Positions 12,901-26,379 of a DNA stretch of 64,000 nt are shown piece by piece. Source of the DNA: Raillietiella orientalis. Lineage: Eukaryota. Within the stretch, counting starts at the first letter, position 1, and each line of letters starts with the position of its first letter. The position numbers and the translations under genes were made by a program. The DNA lies in NCBI GenBank assembly GCA_036172245.1, contig JAYWIR010000006.1, forward strand, positions 2,418,001 to 2,482,000. Direction: 5' to 3'. The notes beneath the pieces were generated by a model. That model was given only the letters and a program-made list of their open reading frames with translations. It did no database searches and was not told where the DNA came from.

Positions 12901-13981
12901 CGGACGAATAGCCACTCCGGCGAAGGAGAATGCGTGGATGATCTGCAGCCCCGTCAATTCCAGCGAATGGCTGGAAGAAACAGTTGGCACGTAGGTGAGG
13001 TTGAACCTATCAAGCGGAGCAAGAAACTGCCTGCTATTGAGCAACCTCTCCGGCTGCTCTCTGCGGAAGGTCATGGAGTGTCCAGCCAGGAGCACGCGGG
13101 TGGAGATGCTCCCCCTGGCTGCGGCGATGCTCTTCCTGAGGAGGGCACTTAGCGCCAGCCGGACACCGAGGTGGCAGGTTTCCTGCGAGATTGCAGGCAG
13201 GACGAAGTTAAGCGGTTGGACAATGGGACAGCTGGCCGACGCCACGACCCGAAGTGTCCTCCTGAGTGGCCTACTGAGATGGGGCGAGCTGCTTAGCATC
13301 CAGATGGATGATCTGAAGTGCTCCCCGGTGCTTAATGGATCCTCCCCCTGAAGTCGGCGCTCCTGCTGTTGCATTGGGGTCTACCCTGCAACGCAAGTCG
13401 CCACTCCTAGACCTGGGGTCGAGTGAATCCTGAGTGTGTCAGGTGCGGGCAGCGGGAATCTCTCCTCCACCTTATTGTTGATTGTGTTGCCCTCTGACCC
13501 CTCTGGGAGCGTCTTGTCCTGGTGGGCAGCCAGCCCAGAGACGTTTTTCGGCTTCTGTTCGTGCAGGATGCCCTGCGACCAGCCGCAGCCCTGGCAGCAC
13601 TCTTCTGCATCCGAGGGATTGTGACTTGCTTGAGCGAAGTTAGAAGACCAAACCACGAGAGGGATGCCGTCGAACTTGCAGTCCGTTACCTGCGGATTGC
13701 GACCAGATGCCCCATTTGGGAAACATACGGTCGGACCTCGTCGGCATCCTGCAAAGGATGGACCCTTCACCAAGCGGACAGTAATCCCTTCCCGAACCTC
13801 CATAGAACTTTTTTTTTTCTTTTTCTTTTTGTTTTTCCTCCATCCCCTCCGCTGCCGTGGAGAGTCAGGTCGGTCTGCGCACCGATGACCCGGTAGGTCC
13901 CTTGTTGTGTTGGCCGCGGTGGGGCCTTATACTGCAATTGTTGTCTGTTTACAATAAATGCCCCGGAGGGACCGGGTAACC
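10000..13981 (+). mobile_element. Decayed L1/Tx1-like non-LTR retrotransposon (largest copy; frameshifted ORF2)
   Basis: Motifs occur in order: WDRLKVSVREFC (~11040), KAQGEDGLPADFF (~11470), NWRPITVVNTDAKL (~11645), PEQTYAVPGR (~11740), MGFP, RGIRQGDSLSPLLF, SAYADDL (12221-12241), GLRVNKAKS, KYL, LCAPRRDGGLGL. A C-terminal C-x2-C-x7-H-x4-C finger lies at ~13435-13490, followed by a T-rich 3' UTR and AATAAA at 13953. The 5' boundary is uncertain. Confidence 0.9.
11954..12514 (+). pseudogene. Reverse transcriptase core fragment (YADD) of the L1/Tx1-like element
   Basis: The ORF-track translation contains RQGDSLSPLLF and AYADDL. It is bounded by frameshifts and stops. Confidence 0.9.
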
Positions 13982-14739
13982 ACGACGAGGCACCGCCGAG
14001 GTATGCGACGGAGGGCTTGCAAGAGGGAGCTCAAATCGGACCGATTTCCCGCCGACGCGCAGAGGGAAAGAAGAGGAATTCAGGAGGCGAAGTGTGCGGG
14101 AAGCGCTTCCTGCTTTGGAGGCACGTCCCTTGTGGCACGTCCGTCGCTTTAGAAGAGCGTCCGCGAAACGCCCTCCCGACACCTACGAAGCAGCACGCCA
14201 GGAAAAGGTGGAATCTGGCGGCAGCTGCACGCGGCCGCGCGGAAGTAAACCGACGGAGGAACGACGAGGGAGTGTTTTCTCGGGAGGAAGACACTTCCTC
14301 GTCCGCTTCCCGGATTTCTTCTAGATGCAGCGCGTGAGGACTTGACATTGGGGGCGGACTACCCATGATAAAAGCGCATCCCTTATCCTCCCACCACCAT
14401 CAGGCGTAGGCCGAGTCGTACGCGAACGACACCTTGAGCGCCTCCCACATCTCTCCGATCGCGCTGGCTATCTCCCATCGATGGCAAGAGTGGTCCTCTT
14501 TCCACCCCCCAGGAACTCCAGACCACTCCGAATGAAATCGAGTCCTCCCTCTTCGCGCCCTGAGCAGAGTCCGCGGAAGACATGCGGTGGGCAGACCCAT
14601 CCCCAGACACCACATTCACGGTTTCCCTCACCCTAAACACCGCCGACGTTCACCCTCGCCACGCGTTTCACAAAACGAGGAGCTCCACGCTTACGAACGA
14701 CCACCCGCTGACATTCCCCTCCCACTTCCCAAAGACCAC

Positions 14740-15440
14740 ACCGCAACCTACTAACACACACCACCAACCCTATGCACCTATCCTACCCTCCACTACTATA
14801 ACAACACATATTTTCAACTCAACTAATCTACCCTATCCTGCCGTACCCTAACCTCACCAATCCTACCCTATCCGCTCCTAATGCACACTCACCTCTTCAA
14901 ATCCACCTTACACTACCCTAACCTAACCCATCTTCACTTACCTAAAACTGACCCAATCGACCGCACCTTACCTCATCCCATCCTCACTCACCCTCACCTA
15001 CCCTAACCAAACCTAAATTTACCTAAATTTTAAGTAACTAAGCTAACCAACCAAACTTCACCTAACCTAACCTATCCCAAACTAAACCAACCCAACCTAA
15101 CCTCACTTCACCCAAACTAATCTAATCTCACCAAACCTAACTTAACCCAACCTCCCCACACCTCACTTGACCTAATGAAACCTAACCTAACCTAACCTAC
15201 CCAACCTAACCTCACATCACTCATCTAACCTACCCTACCCTAACATACTCTGAAGCACTCCACCTTACCCTAACTTAACCCAACCTAAGCTAATCAACCT
15301 CGCAACCTAACCTAATTTACCTAATCTACCCTAATCTAATCTACTCTAACTTAACTATCCTAACTTAACCTACGCTACCCTATCCTCACCTACCCTCAGC
15401 TAACATAATCTACCGTAGTCTAACCTATCTCACCCTAACA
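14740..15440 (+). repeat. Degenerate (CCTAA)n / (TTAGG)n-like array
   Basis: An almost G-free plus strand with many CCTAA, ACCTA and CCTAC units. A perfect run CCTAACCTAACCTAACC lies at 15181-15197. Confidence 0.85.
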
Positions 15441-15575
15441 CAGCCTCAAAGTTCCCTAACGAGCTTCTATTCATAGCAGTTTTGTTCTGTTCCAATCGTA
15501 GGGCCGCTTGATTCGAGACAGGGAGCAACAGATCACGAATTCGGCAATTCTTTCTTTCTTGATTAGACGCTGACA

Positions 15576-15602
15576 TGTTGTTGTTGTTGTTGTTCTTGTT
15601 GT
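15576..15602. repeat. (TTG)n microsatellite
   Basis: TGTTGTTGTTGTTGTTGTTCTTGTTGT. Confidence 0.9.
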
Positions 15603-18399
15603 AGGGGTGTGTATTCTCCCTTGCAATGCAAACCTTAGAGCCTGAACTGACAGGGGCATCATATGGATAGAGGCAGCAGAGGTGGTCCTGCCGAAACGTG
15701 GTCCCAAACGAAGTGGTCATCTATCAGTCTGCGGGTGTTACCGTCCTGGCCTCGAGCAATCTCCTGGCAGCCTACATCCCCTCCTTGTTTTGCATCACCA
15801 CTTCTCCTTCTCGGATCAAGACGCTGCATCAACTCGGCTTCTTCCGGATTCGACCGTGAAGATGCTCTGATCGCGGCAGCTCCTCTGTGTTTGAGCATCC
15901 GCCTTCATTCCCGAGGAAGCACCACTTTCGGCGAAGCCCTCTGCTCGACAGAGATAGAACAGACGAAGAGTTTATCACTTCAGTCTTCAGGATGCAGATT
16001 TCTTTCGAGAGATAACGCTGCGACCTCCTGACGTTCCAGCCAAACAGACCGACTTATCTCAAAGAAAAACTCACAAGCAGATGCTGAAGCTGTACCCAAG
16101 GATTCTCAGATTGCAAGCGGAAGAAAGTCTTCGTGACTATACTATCGACTTTGACAGGTGCACCGATCGAGCACTGCAACTAATGGTGCTTCTAGATTTG
16201 CAAGGCGGACTCCATGCTATAAGATCACGGGTGCAAGCATCTTGCGAACGTGAGCAGCATCGTGGAAAAAGCCTCCGGCTATTGTGACTCCGAATCAACG
16301 GGGCAGTGGGGAAACAGTCAGAGAGGCTCCAGTTGTCTGAGAATATTAAACTGGGAACACTTCCTCAATCTTCAACGAAACAAGTCCGGTACGGTGGTGA
16401 ATACGTGCTTCCACGTTGTACAGTTCCATACGGTGGCATTTGGCTTTTCGCATCATTTTCTCTCGCATCATTCGTTTCGTTCTTCCTACTAGCACTCTAG
16501 CGCAATCCCGATTCTGGACAATTCTCAGAAGCGAGCAAGGGGCGGAGCCAGGGATGTGCTCATCCTCCTGGATCTTCTTCCCTCTTGGGATCGTTGCACC
16601 CAGAGGTGCAGCGAGGCTGTCGAGCACCCACGAGAGCCCGCGGAACCACGTGGGCGCTCCAAGTCGTGAGCGAATGGGCATAGCTGCAGGGAACTTAAGA
16701 GAAACTCCGCTTGCTCTCTCTACCGGCCGGGGAGCGATTGGCGAGTGTTTTGGGGAGGGAAATTCGCGGCAATGAAGTTTCGATCCCTCGATTTTTCCTC
16801 CCTCTGTTGAGGATGCAGGTGTATAAGAAGGCGAGTTCATCCTCCGTAGAGTGGGATCGGTTGGGACCTCAGGAAGATGCGCGGACCGTGCCCTCCGCGA
16901 GACCAAAAAATCCTCCCGCACGCTTTTCCATTCGGATGGATCAGGAAGCAAGTCAGTTGAGAATGATGTGAGAATCAGTGGACCAGTCAGATTCGATCTC
17001 AACCGGGAGTAAGATTCTGGCGAGGCACATCGAGCCTCTCTTCCAGAGGAGCAGGCGCATCCCTGGCTCCCCCTCTGCTCGCTGCTGAAAGCTGTCCGGA
17101 ATCGGGATCCGGTAATCAAGGCAAGAGAAGTATCCCCAACCAGGAAAACCTTCCCTTGAGAGCAGCTTCTCCGTTCTTCCACACCGACGAAACTTCTGCT
17201 ATTTTCGACCACGTTCAGGAGCTTCGTACTCTTGCTGGTAGGAAGAGAAATTATCCTTGCTATTAGATGTGCCATATTTTCCCCTAATAAATTAAGGAGG
17301 TACAGATGGGTATGAGCAGTTGCTACGTCCACCAGTCCCATTAGCTGATTGCTCCAGCTAAGCCAGACTGTTTATCGTTTCATCTTTTCAATTTGTCTGC
17401 TTATTCCCGGACGAAAGCTTACCCATCTATCTGTTCCCTGATTTTTGGAAACTTCACGCGGCCTTTCAATCCGGCGATCGATTCGTGAACTGGACCCGGG
17501 AACCTGCCGCGGTGTGTTCCGACGCAGAAGATGGGGATGAGGAGATCACTTCTCCTGCCTCCGCTCCGCAGATATCGGAGATTCGATCGATCACGTGCTT
17601 CCCCACTCGGCTCGATTCGCATCGCATCTTGAGCGCATTCCCCCTCTCTATCTCTCTCTAGAGTGTGTGCGTTTATGCCCTCGTCGATTGCAATTTCCGA
17701 AGAGAACACCCGCAGTTGCAGACAGTGTCCGTGCACGTCCGATGGATTCCACCGAATTTCTAATGCAACGAGAAAGGCATTTCGCGAGGCAAAACTCCCG
17801 CTTCAGTTCTCTCAGAACATGCTGCCATGACTACTTATCTTTCCGGGAGTTCAGTGCTCCCCACTTGGTTTTTTATGCTCCGTCCGTCCGTCAAGTAAAC
17901 GCTGGTTTATTTCGAAAGGTTCGGATACGAATTGAATACAGATTTGGGAGTAGCTTCAGAGTAGTCTTGGTCCACTCCTCCTGGTGCCGAGTCGCAGTGA
18001 TATAATTGCCACAAAGTTGAGTGGGACCTCAAACGCGTTACTTCCGGATATTTCTGCGGAGAGGATGGAGCATCGAGACACCGGTGTGGTCCTTCATCGC
18101 AACACAGGTGGCAAAACCGGTGTGTCCAGCAAATGGACATCTCTGCTGGCACTGAACGTTCGAAGACATTATCGAACGCACCTCATCTGACCGACATGCT
18201 CCAGGGAATTCTTCGGCTTCCGCTGCCGGGAACTCGCTGTCTCCATCCCAATCGTCGCCAGGGACCCGTGAACCCACGACCACACTCGCGCTCCCGAAGT
18301 CTGTGGCGCCGGCGAACGATAAGAGGGGAAGCTGTCTCGCGGTGTTTTCTCTCTCTTTGTCCTTGACTGCCTTCCCAAGCTCTGCCACCGGTGTTCTCT

Positions 18400-19050
18400 A
18401 AGGGCCAGCAGACGTCTAGGATGATCGTGTGGTTCCCTTCTTCAGAAGCAGCTCTGGTTTCAGCGGAGAGTCCAACACTGGGATGGTGCAAGCAGCCCAA
18501 ACCCGATGGTTCATAATGGTCTCCAATCGATCCATTCGTAGGATGGACCTAAAGATTGGTCCATACCTCGTTCTCCAGGACGGAGGAAAAGCACAGTGGT
18601 GCTAGAAGAGATATGGCAAAGCAGGGAAACCTAATGCAGAGGTTTGGTTCTTCCGGTTTGTCTCCAGAGGAGTGTCTGCGACTGTACGAGAAATCTCAGC
18701 AGACATCGAAGATTCGTGTGAAACGGGCGGAGCGTACCAGAAAAGAAATTGTATGTTAGAACACCCAGTTTGAGAACCATCAAGGCTGCAGCGAGCTTCC
18801 CCCACAGGAAATTTGCGGCACCCTCACCGCGCGTTGCTCTTTTTCAACAAGTTGTGGATTTTTAGAAGCTTTCCCAGTATGCGTGCTGGGAACAAAGGGT
18901 GATTCACACGGCCCTCAAGAATCCCAACCTTGGGACTTTTCAGCAATAGCGACAAGTCGTAAACTAAGAGCATCATCATCCACGGGCCTCCCCTGTCTGA
19001 GACTCTTCGGCAGGACATCATGCCCAGCACCAAGTCTTGGGCGACCCTCA
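18400..19050 (+). mobile_element. Possible Ty3/gypsy RT relic
   Basis: PKPDGS*W..ID (~18496-18531) and LG...DSHG.....AI (~18885-18950) match RT motifs only loosely. Confidence 0.25.
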
Positions 19051-22000
19051 TTTACCCAAAGACAACCCTCCTTCCTCCCCTTATCTGACTGCAAAATAAA
19101 GCGGCGCCCTAACTGTGACACGTGCTGCAGATCAGCTGTCACGGCGGAGCCGAAGAACCAACGCAGTCACTCAATCACGCACACGACCGTCTCACGGCTG
19201 CCAGCCTCTTTCTATTCCTCCTCCTCCTCCTTTCCCAGCCACCGTCTCTCTCGAGCAGCCATCTGCAAATTTCCAGTAAACGACGAATCCTCAGTCTGAT
19301 TGAAATGGCTTCTGACACCTGAGCGTTTTCCCTGCAGGAAGCTCGCAACCGCTGCGCCCCCTCATCTCTCTACCCGAGCCTGCTGTCCCCCCACTTCGGG
19401 ACGTTCCCGCGGAGCCCTGGGTGGGAATATTTTGAATCCTTTCCTTAATCTAATTCGATCCTCGTGATTTTTTTCCCTCAGGAATTCTTCCGCGTCCTTC
19501 CCCATCTCTCCCGGCTCTGTTCGAAGGTGCGAGGGACACGTCCTGTGGCGTGTTTCTCGTCTCGGGACCGGCAACGAGTAGTCTCTACTGTCGCCGGATC
19601 CCCGGCGCTCAACCTCTGCCCCGAACTTGCTGTGAGAATGTCCAGAATATTTCCAGAAGGAACGTATGCTTCCCAGACTGAATTTTTCAAAAGCCTCTTT
19701 CTTCTTCTCTCCCTCTCTTTCGAAATGGACTGCCTCTTTTCCCGATTTCTGGGACGAATGGGAAAATTCTCGTAAACTTGAATCAGGAGTTTCTGTGGCG
19801 CATCCTCAACAAACGCAATAAAATTTAACTCGACATCGCTGCTGCGATTGGAAACGCTCTTATCCTCTCAAACGGAATGTTGATGCGGACGCTGGCGAGT
19901 ATCCCTGCACCCCCACGTGGACCCTTGCTCGAGCGGCCCGAACCGTGGTGGCGGAAGTTCGTCCGTGGGAGTGCTGCCTCCCGAATGATTAAAGAGAGCA
20001 GTCGCAGGGAAGGATCGCCTCGTTTGTGCTCCAGGCAGCCGCTTTGTCACTGGCGGCTGTGAACCGGGCGCGGACAGCGCTGGGCTGCTGAGATGTAGTC
20101 TTCGAGCCGAGCATCTTTTGCAGCCTTTACAGCTCACTCCAGAAATTTTCTTTTTGCTCCGCTTCGGCGCTGCCTTTCGGGAAGGCGAGAGAGTTGGAAA
20201 CGTAAATAAATAAAGTCGACGGTCGTATACTTCTCGCTCTGCTCACTGGTCCTTTGGGGAAACGAATTGCTTTTGGATGCAGGAAACGGATCACCTCTTT
20301 AGCGTGCTACCAGGCTTGTCACGCCGATTTTTCACTCGTCACTTCACGCAAAGCTCCTCGTTCAGAAGCAGAAATTACGGGGAATATTTTCCGGAACCGA
20401 AGAAAGTCAGCAGAGGTTCTTCATTGGAGGCTGCTCTTTCGTTGGAGGGACCGAGTCGCGCCGAGCGGCCTTCTGAAAACCGCTCACGAGATGGACCTTT
20501 TTCCCCGGAGAGCAAGCAACCGGAATTCTCGGCATCCGGCTGAATCCAGCGAAACGCATCGGTCCGGTTGATGGAAGCCAGGAAGAGGAAGCACTTGGAC
20601 GCTCCACGCTTCCCTGTGAGAGTGTCAACGCTCAGCATCGCGAGGCGTACGTGGAACTCCCATCCACAACTGCTTTATTTCCGTGCTCCGAAGGCACGGC
20701 TGAAATATTTATCGCATCTCGGAGCTCTCTCGAGCAACATGCAACATGCACTTCATTCTGTCGCCATCCAGCCACGATATGTAACAAATCTGTCGCGGAG
20801 TCTTCATCATGCTCCAGCAGGGACTCGGGGAAGGTTTCCTGCATCTCTCGAGTATTTACACGCGCTTTTCACGTAGGAGGCGTGGGAAACGAGCGTATCG
20901 CCTCCTGGATAAAGGGAGGATTCCTCGATCCTTCGAAGTTTTCCACAGAAGACTCTCCTGGACCTCGACGCGCTCCGGAAATTTCCTTCCCTCCCCCTTC
21001 CATTCACCCATGGAGAGCGAGGCGTGATCGTGAGGTGCTTAAGAGTGTCTTTCCTGTTTCTCCTGAACTGCTTCCCCTGGGGGAGGAAGGTGGTCGAAGC
21101 GTGATGCGAAGATTGGTTGCAACTCTAGGTGCCGGCTGATTCCGGGTCCTCTAAGACCGCACCTCCTCGCTCGACCCCACGAAATTTCGGAGCGACCAAC
21201 CTGACCTGCGTTGAGCGATCCGATCCCCTCCAAATCCGCCTCCCGAATTCGCTGCAGGAGACGGTTCCAGAGTACCCAGGCTGTCTGTCTGGCGGACGTC
21301 CCTGGAGGAATAGAGAAGATGGCCTATTGCGGCTGCATTGGTCGGACATCCCTGCCGAAACGGCAGCAATTCCTCGGAATTTTTGCCCTCAGTCCGCTCC
21401 TGATGAAAAAAAAAACCTCCTTTAATGGAATTTTTGCGTGTTCCCCACGCGGATATCTCTCGTAGGTAATCTGCCCAATCTGTCAGGATTTTTCCTTTTT
21501 TTTCGCCTCTTGTCGGCAGCAGGAAAAGCAGAATTTCACTGTCCTGGAATGACGCGTTTATTGTGAATCTACTGAATGGTACTCAACATCTGATTTTTTT
21601 TTCGGGAATAATTGAAACGGGATAGTACGTGCGGTTTTCCTCACAACCTCTTCATGATTTCTTACGGCTAAGAGCTCTGGATCGGCACCTTGGTGAACTT
21701 CACCCACGCTGGGCTGCCATGCTGCGCGCCTATAGCCTGACCGCAAGAAAAATTCGAGTCCTCGTGAAGAATTGGAGTTGCTTTTGCAGGCGGATTGAGT
21801 GCCGCTGCAGTCCGAAAGAAGTCCCACTCATCTTGTCGTAGGCATCCAGAGTGCACCAAGCATTTCTGGGAGAACCTTGTCTGGAGCTTTCCGAGCCACC
21901 ATCCGAATCCGAAGCAGCTGCAAACATCTAGTTCGAATGGTGGTAAGAGAAATGCAGTGGAGGTACATTGTCCGGTTGGGTTTTTGAGTTTCCAGCCACA

Positions 22001-23749
22001 GCTTTCCTCCTGTCCTCTTTCCATCACCCATGTCTCTTACAACACATCAGCAAATCGCCCTGCAATAAGTTCACTTCATCATCCATCCCTGAAAAGGTTC
22101 TTTAGTTCCCGATGAGAAAAGGTCTCGTCGCAAGGAGGCTTCCGTTACCTCTGTACTCTGCAGCAGCTCGAGTAGGGAGAGAAGATCCCCGTTGCAAGGT
22201 GCTCCAAAGAAAAACCTCCTGCTTTTCCCAGTGGGCCTGGAGCGGACCTGCGGCTATCGGAATGGCCTGCACCCCTTCGCCTACTCGTCCATCCAAGGCT
22301 GAGTTCTTCGTGTATCTCAAACAGAGAGGAGAGGGGGAAGCAGGTAGATGGCCTGACCGAATGCAAACCCGCAAACCAGTCGGCGAATGGCTGGAATTCG
22401 GATGTGGTTGGCTGATGGACGCGAAGGGACAACTAGAAGCCATCCGATAGCCCCGGGCTGTTCCTTCGAAGTCCGTTCAGCTGTACGGAAACTCCTTCGC
22501 TTCCCGGAACTGGGAAACGAGCTGCCACTCGGCTGCCTCCGAACTGGTGAAAATGCTCCTCTCCGGAAATGCTTGCCGGGTCCTAGAAGCCATGAAGCTC
22601 ATGAAGAGCGCTTCCTCGAACGCTTAGGTTTCACAATGTCAGAGCATGCCGCCGGATGTCCACATTTCTGGAGCTCTCTCCTTTCCTACTGCCGTCAGGA
22701 AGGAAAGGGAGAATCCCATCCGTTTTCATGTTTTTTTTTTTTTTATTGAGTACCTTCGTGCGAGCTCTTTTCGGGAGCGCTTTTGGAAACCAACTGTCCG
22801 CGGAAGAAACACTCCCTCCTTCCAAGGTTCAGTGCTGCAGATGCCGGAGAGTCTCTGCTTCCCGTGAAATCAGATCTTTCGAGGAACACCAAAGCCGAGT
22901 GGCCTTCAGTGTCGTCTTACGGATACTTTAGATCTGACTTGACGTTCGGAATTTTCCTTGGCTCCTGCAGGGATACCAAGTCCTTTAGGCGGTCACAACT
23001 TTTTGGAGGGAATGGCTTTTCAGGAGATGTGACTCCCTCATCCAGGATTTTTCTGGATTGGGCACAAAGCTGAGAGTCACCTGAAGCAGTTGAAGTGGTA
23101 CAGACCTCGAAGAGGACTCTTCCACTCTAGAGAAAGAACTTGGACCTGATGCAGACTTCCAAAAACCTGGTTTTCAGAGGGAAGGGGAGGAGATTCCTGC
23201 TTGTCTTCGCAGGCGGGTTCTTCCTTGCTACCCCACCCCCATTTTCGCTAAACGACGGTATCTTTGCAAGGAACTGCAACTTCGTCCTCAAAGCTCACAT
23301 CTGGGAGCTTCGACGCGTTTCGCTCATATTCGCTGCTCCCGTCCACGTCAGGATAGGAACCTTAGGCAAAGTTTCCGCTACCACCTCCTCAGCCCATCAG
23401 CTCCATCGAGCTGGAAACGGAAATAGGAGAAGGCGCTCCTGGTCGGCACGGAAGGCTCTACATCTGGAACGCCCGTGCTTCGGAGCAGGGCGGTGAGGGC
23501 GCACTCCTCCGTCGAGGAGCGTCCAGTTTCAAGGAACGGCCGGTGGAAGAGCGCAGCGCCCTCAGTGAGAAGCGGCTCGCATCGTCGCACGTGCAGATGA
23601 CCCTCGATGCGGGAGGCGCCTCCCCGATGTGCGTCCTCGATCTCTGCCGAGAGCGGTGCCACTGTCGCCAGCCGGTCTGGCCCAGGAATCGACGGGGAGA
23701 GAACGGGAGCTGGAGGTCTCCAAGCAGCCAAAGCCAGGGGGATGACCAG

Positions 23750-24290
23750 GGAGGTGAGGGCTCGAAACCTCGGAGGCAGGTCACACTCGGCACCTCGGGA
23801 CGAACACCCCTACTCGGCGCTGCCTGCCTGCCCATGCAGACACTTGGCAGCAGCGTCGGGAGAGACATGCCCATCCCTGCCCCATGGGATTATGGTGACC
23901 TGAGGCTATGTGAGGAGAGGACGGCATGATAGGGACGCCACCTGCTTTGCCTTGTGTTTCCTGCAGACGGCAGCAAGATGGCCCCACCTGGGACATACTC
24001 GGATGGAGCTTGCGGGCATCCGGGAAAGGATGCAGAGGACGCCCTCCAGCGGACAGTGATCCCTTTCCTAACCCTCCTAATTTTTTGTATATATTTTCTT
24101 GTTTTATCTTTATTTTGTTTGCCCCTCCTTGCCCCCCTCCCTCCGCTGCCGAGGCGGACCTCGCCGGCGTGCATTCCGGTTACTCGGTAGGCTCCGAGCA
24201 TTTTCGGACGATGTAGGACTGATGACCCTAAACACGTATGGTTTTTTATTTCTTATAATAAACGCGCCGGCGTGACCGGGTGATAAACCC
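23750..24290 (+). mobile_element. 3' fragment of the L1/Tx1-like family
   Basis: LQTAARWPHLG...ELAGIRER, a shared 3' UTR (ctgccgaggcggacctcgccgg) and the terminal motif at 24257-24290. Confidence 0.75.
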
Positions 24291-24399
24291 ATCCCTGCCC
24301 CGATGCGAGAAACTGCTTTTCCTCTTCGCTGACAGAGGGGTGCCGGCTTCTGCGGGAGCACCAGCGGAAACCGAAGCCTGCCGGTACCTGAAGAACGAC

Positions 24400-25450
24400 G
24401 AGGCTCTCAGGAGGGGACTCGGAGCTCCCCACGCGAAGGCAGAAAGCACGGAAAAGGCGGCGCTAGAGTGCGCCAACGTCCAGCATGAACCCGCGACTTG
24501 CGCTGGGGGCACATGCCAGCTAGTCGGCCATGATGAACAGCTGTCAGTGAGCTTCCCGCAGGATGGCAGAAACCGTGGGGACCCGCCTCTAGCGTATATC
24601 CGCGAGATTTGAATAAATGAACGGGAATCGAGGAACAAATGCTCTGAAGGAGCGCGGCGAAGAAAGGAAGTTCGCGTTCTGAAACCCGGATTCGGTGTCC
24701 GAAACCACGAAGAGAACCACAAGTTTTCGTGGAGCTGGGAGATCGGATTTTGCTCCGCAACTCATGGGAATACCGTTAACTGCAATTCCATTTCCTGGAA
24801 TTCATTGTTTCAGCCGAGATCAGGAGCTCCTCACAAAGATGCCATGGAGATCCCTCCCAGAGGAAGGAAGTTTGACGATGTCCCGGGAGAAGACATGTGG
24901 AGTTCAAAGTTTTTCCGGTCTTCAGTCAAAGTAAAGGCGAGGGCTGGATTCCCGAGCGGGTAGATTTCCGCAGCTATCTCGGATGCTCAGAATTCGAGCG
25001 CCGTACAAGGGTGTCTGAAGTCATCTCCCAATGTCCCGGAGAACGAGGTAGGGGTCTCTCTGGATAGAACGAGAAGCTGAGGAACCTTTCCAGGTTAACT
25101 TTACTAAACCATAAATGGTGAGGTCTGTTCCAGGTGCTGTCAGGTGATTCCCGTCTCCAAGGGAACGGTTTCGTTGCCCGTTGCATCTGGTTCATAAGTG
25201 AACAGGAACGTCATTTCCTCCAGAGACCCTCCTTCGTCCTCCTCGCGCACGAGAACCGGACGGTTGCGATGATCACCAAGAAATGCCTCGGCCCAAGAGC
25301 AAGAAAACTTCTTCCTGATCAAGCTGGAAGATTTTCGAGGGAGATCCTCGGCGCAGGGAAAGATTCTCTGGTCGACATTCTATGCGTGGCCCTTCCTTCC
25401 GTGTCCAGAGTCGTTTTCTCATGCCTCATTTCACGGAATCCCTGCGTAGA
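24400..25450 (-). mobile_element. Highly degenerate non-LTR RT remnant
   Basis: Minus strand YEPD (YADD-like), then KVNLER (GL.VN..K-like), and DNA similarity to 12480-12500 at ~24780-24800. Confidence 0.3.
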
Positions 25451-26379
25451 CAACGGAGATTCCTCCACCACACCGATCGTGACTGAGCGACAGCGATAAA
25501 CAAATGGAAAATTGTGTCAGCGCGCTTGCACCTCCCCATGGTGACCGCAAGCGCCTTTGGAGGGAGCCGAAGCCAAGGCAGCCGCGGAGGCCGGACGGAC
25601 GAGAGGAGGCCGGAAGCGGCTCCCCAGTCTCCGGGTTGTCCGCAGAAACGATGAAAGCCGTGTCTTCCGCCACCTACCCTTAGAGATGAGAAATAGGGAG
25701 CACCTTAACGCCCACAGTCTGTGGTGACCTGCTCGTTCACGGATGTCCCACTTCGGATGAACGAGAGCAGATTTTCCGAGTGAGGAAGACTTCTTGTTTC
25801 TCTTTGTTTCAAGAGTTTAGAGTTGCCTTGGAGAAGTAAACAGGGTAGGGCGTTCCATCGTTAGCTGGACGGCGCTGCAACTTCTGGAGGGTAAACGGAA
25901 TCGCCTCGCGACTCCAGAAGATCCCGGAGCGGGATCCCTTCGACCCTAAAGTGGTCTGAAGCAGGCAGATAGTGCGTGTGTGTACATCGCACATATCTGT
26001 TTATCGTTTACAGGTTTCGAGGGAGCACACGAGAGATGAACGTGCAAGCCACCCATGGAACAGCGTACTCTGCATACGAAGAGCCTTGCTTCTAGGGATC
26101 GCGGCTCGCGGTTCCTCCGGGAGCGACTCAGAGAGCGGGACGCTCCCGGAACTCCCGGCTGCACACTGGTGTTGGACACGCCTCCTTCACATTCAACACA
26201 GCGACTGAATTCCTAACAGAGTTCCGCAATGTTGGTGGCATTCTCTGGAGAGGGTCGGTTCCGAGGGAGAGGTTGGAATGAGAAGGACAAGAATAAAATA
26301 AATAAATAAAAGTACGTACGCAATGATAGGGAGGGAGGAGCAAGAAATACGGGGATCTTGTTCCCACCCGCGTTGGCAA

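Noticed and set aside
16081..17341. BEL/Pao gag-like motif (DPSEWKSVREDF) and the 331-aa ORF
   Set aside because: A single short resemblance without supporting domains in order.
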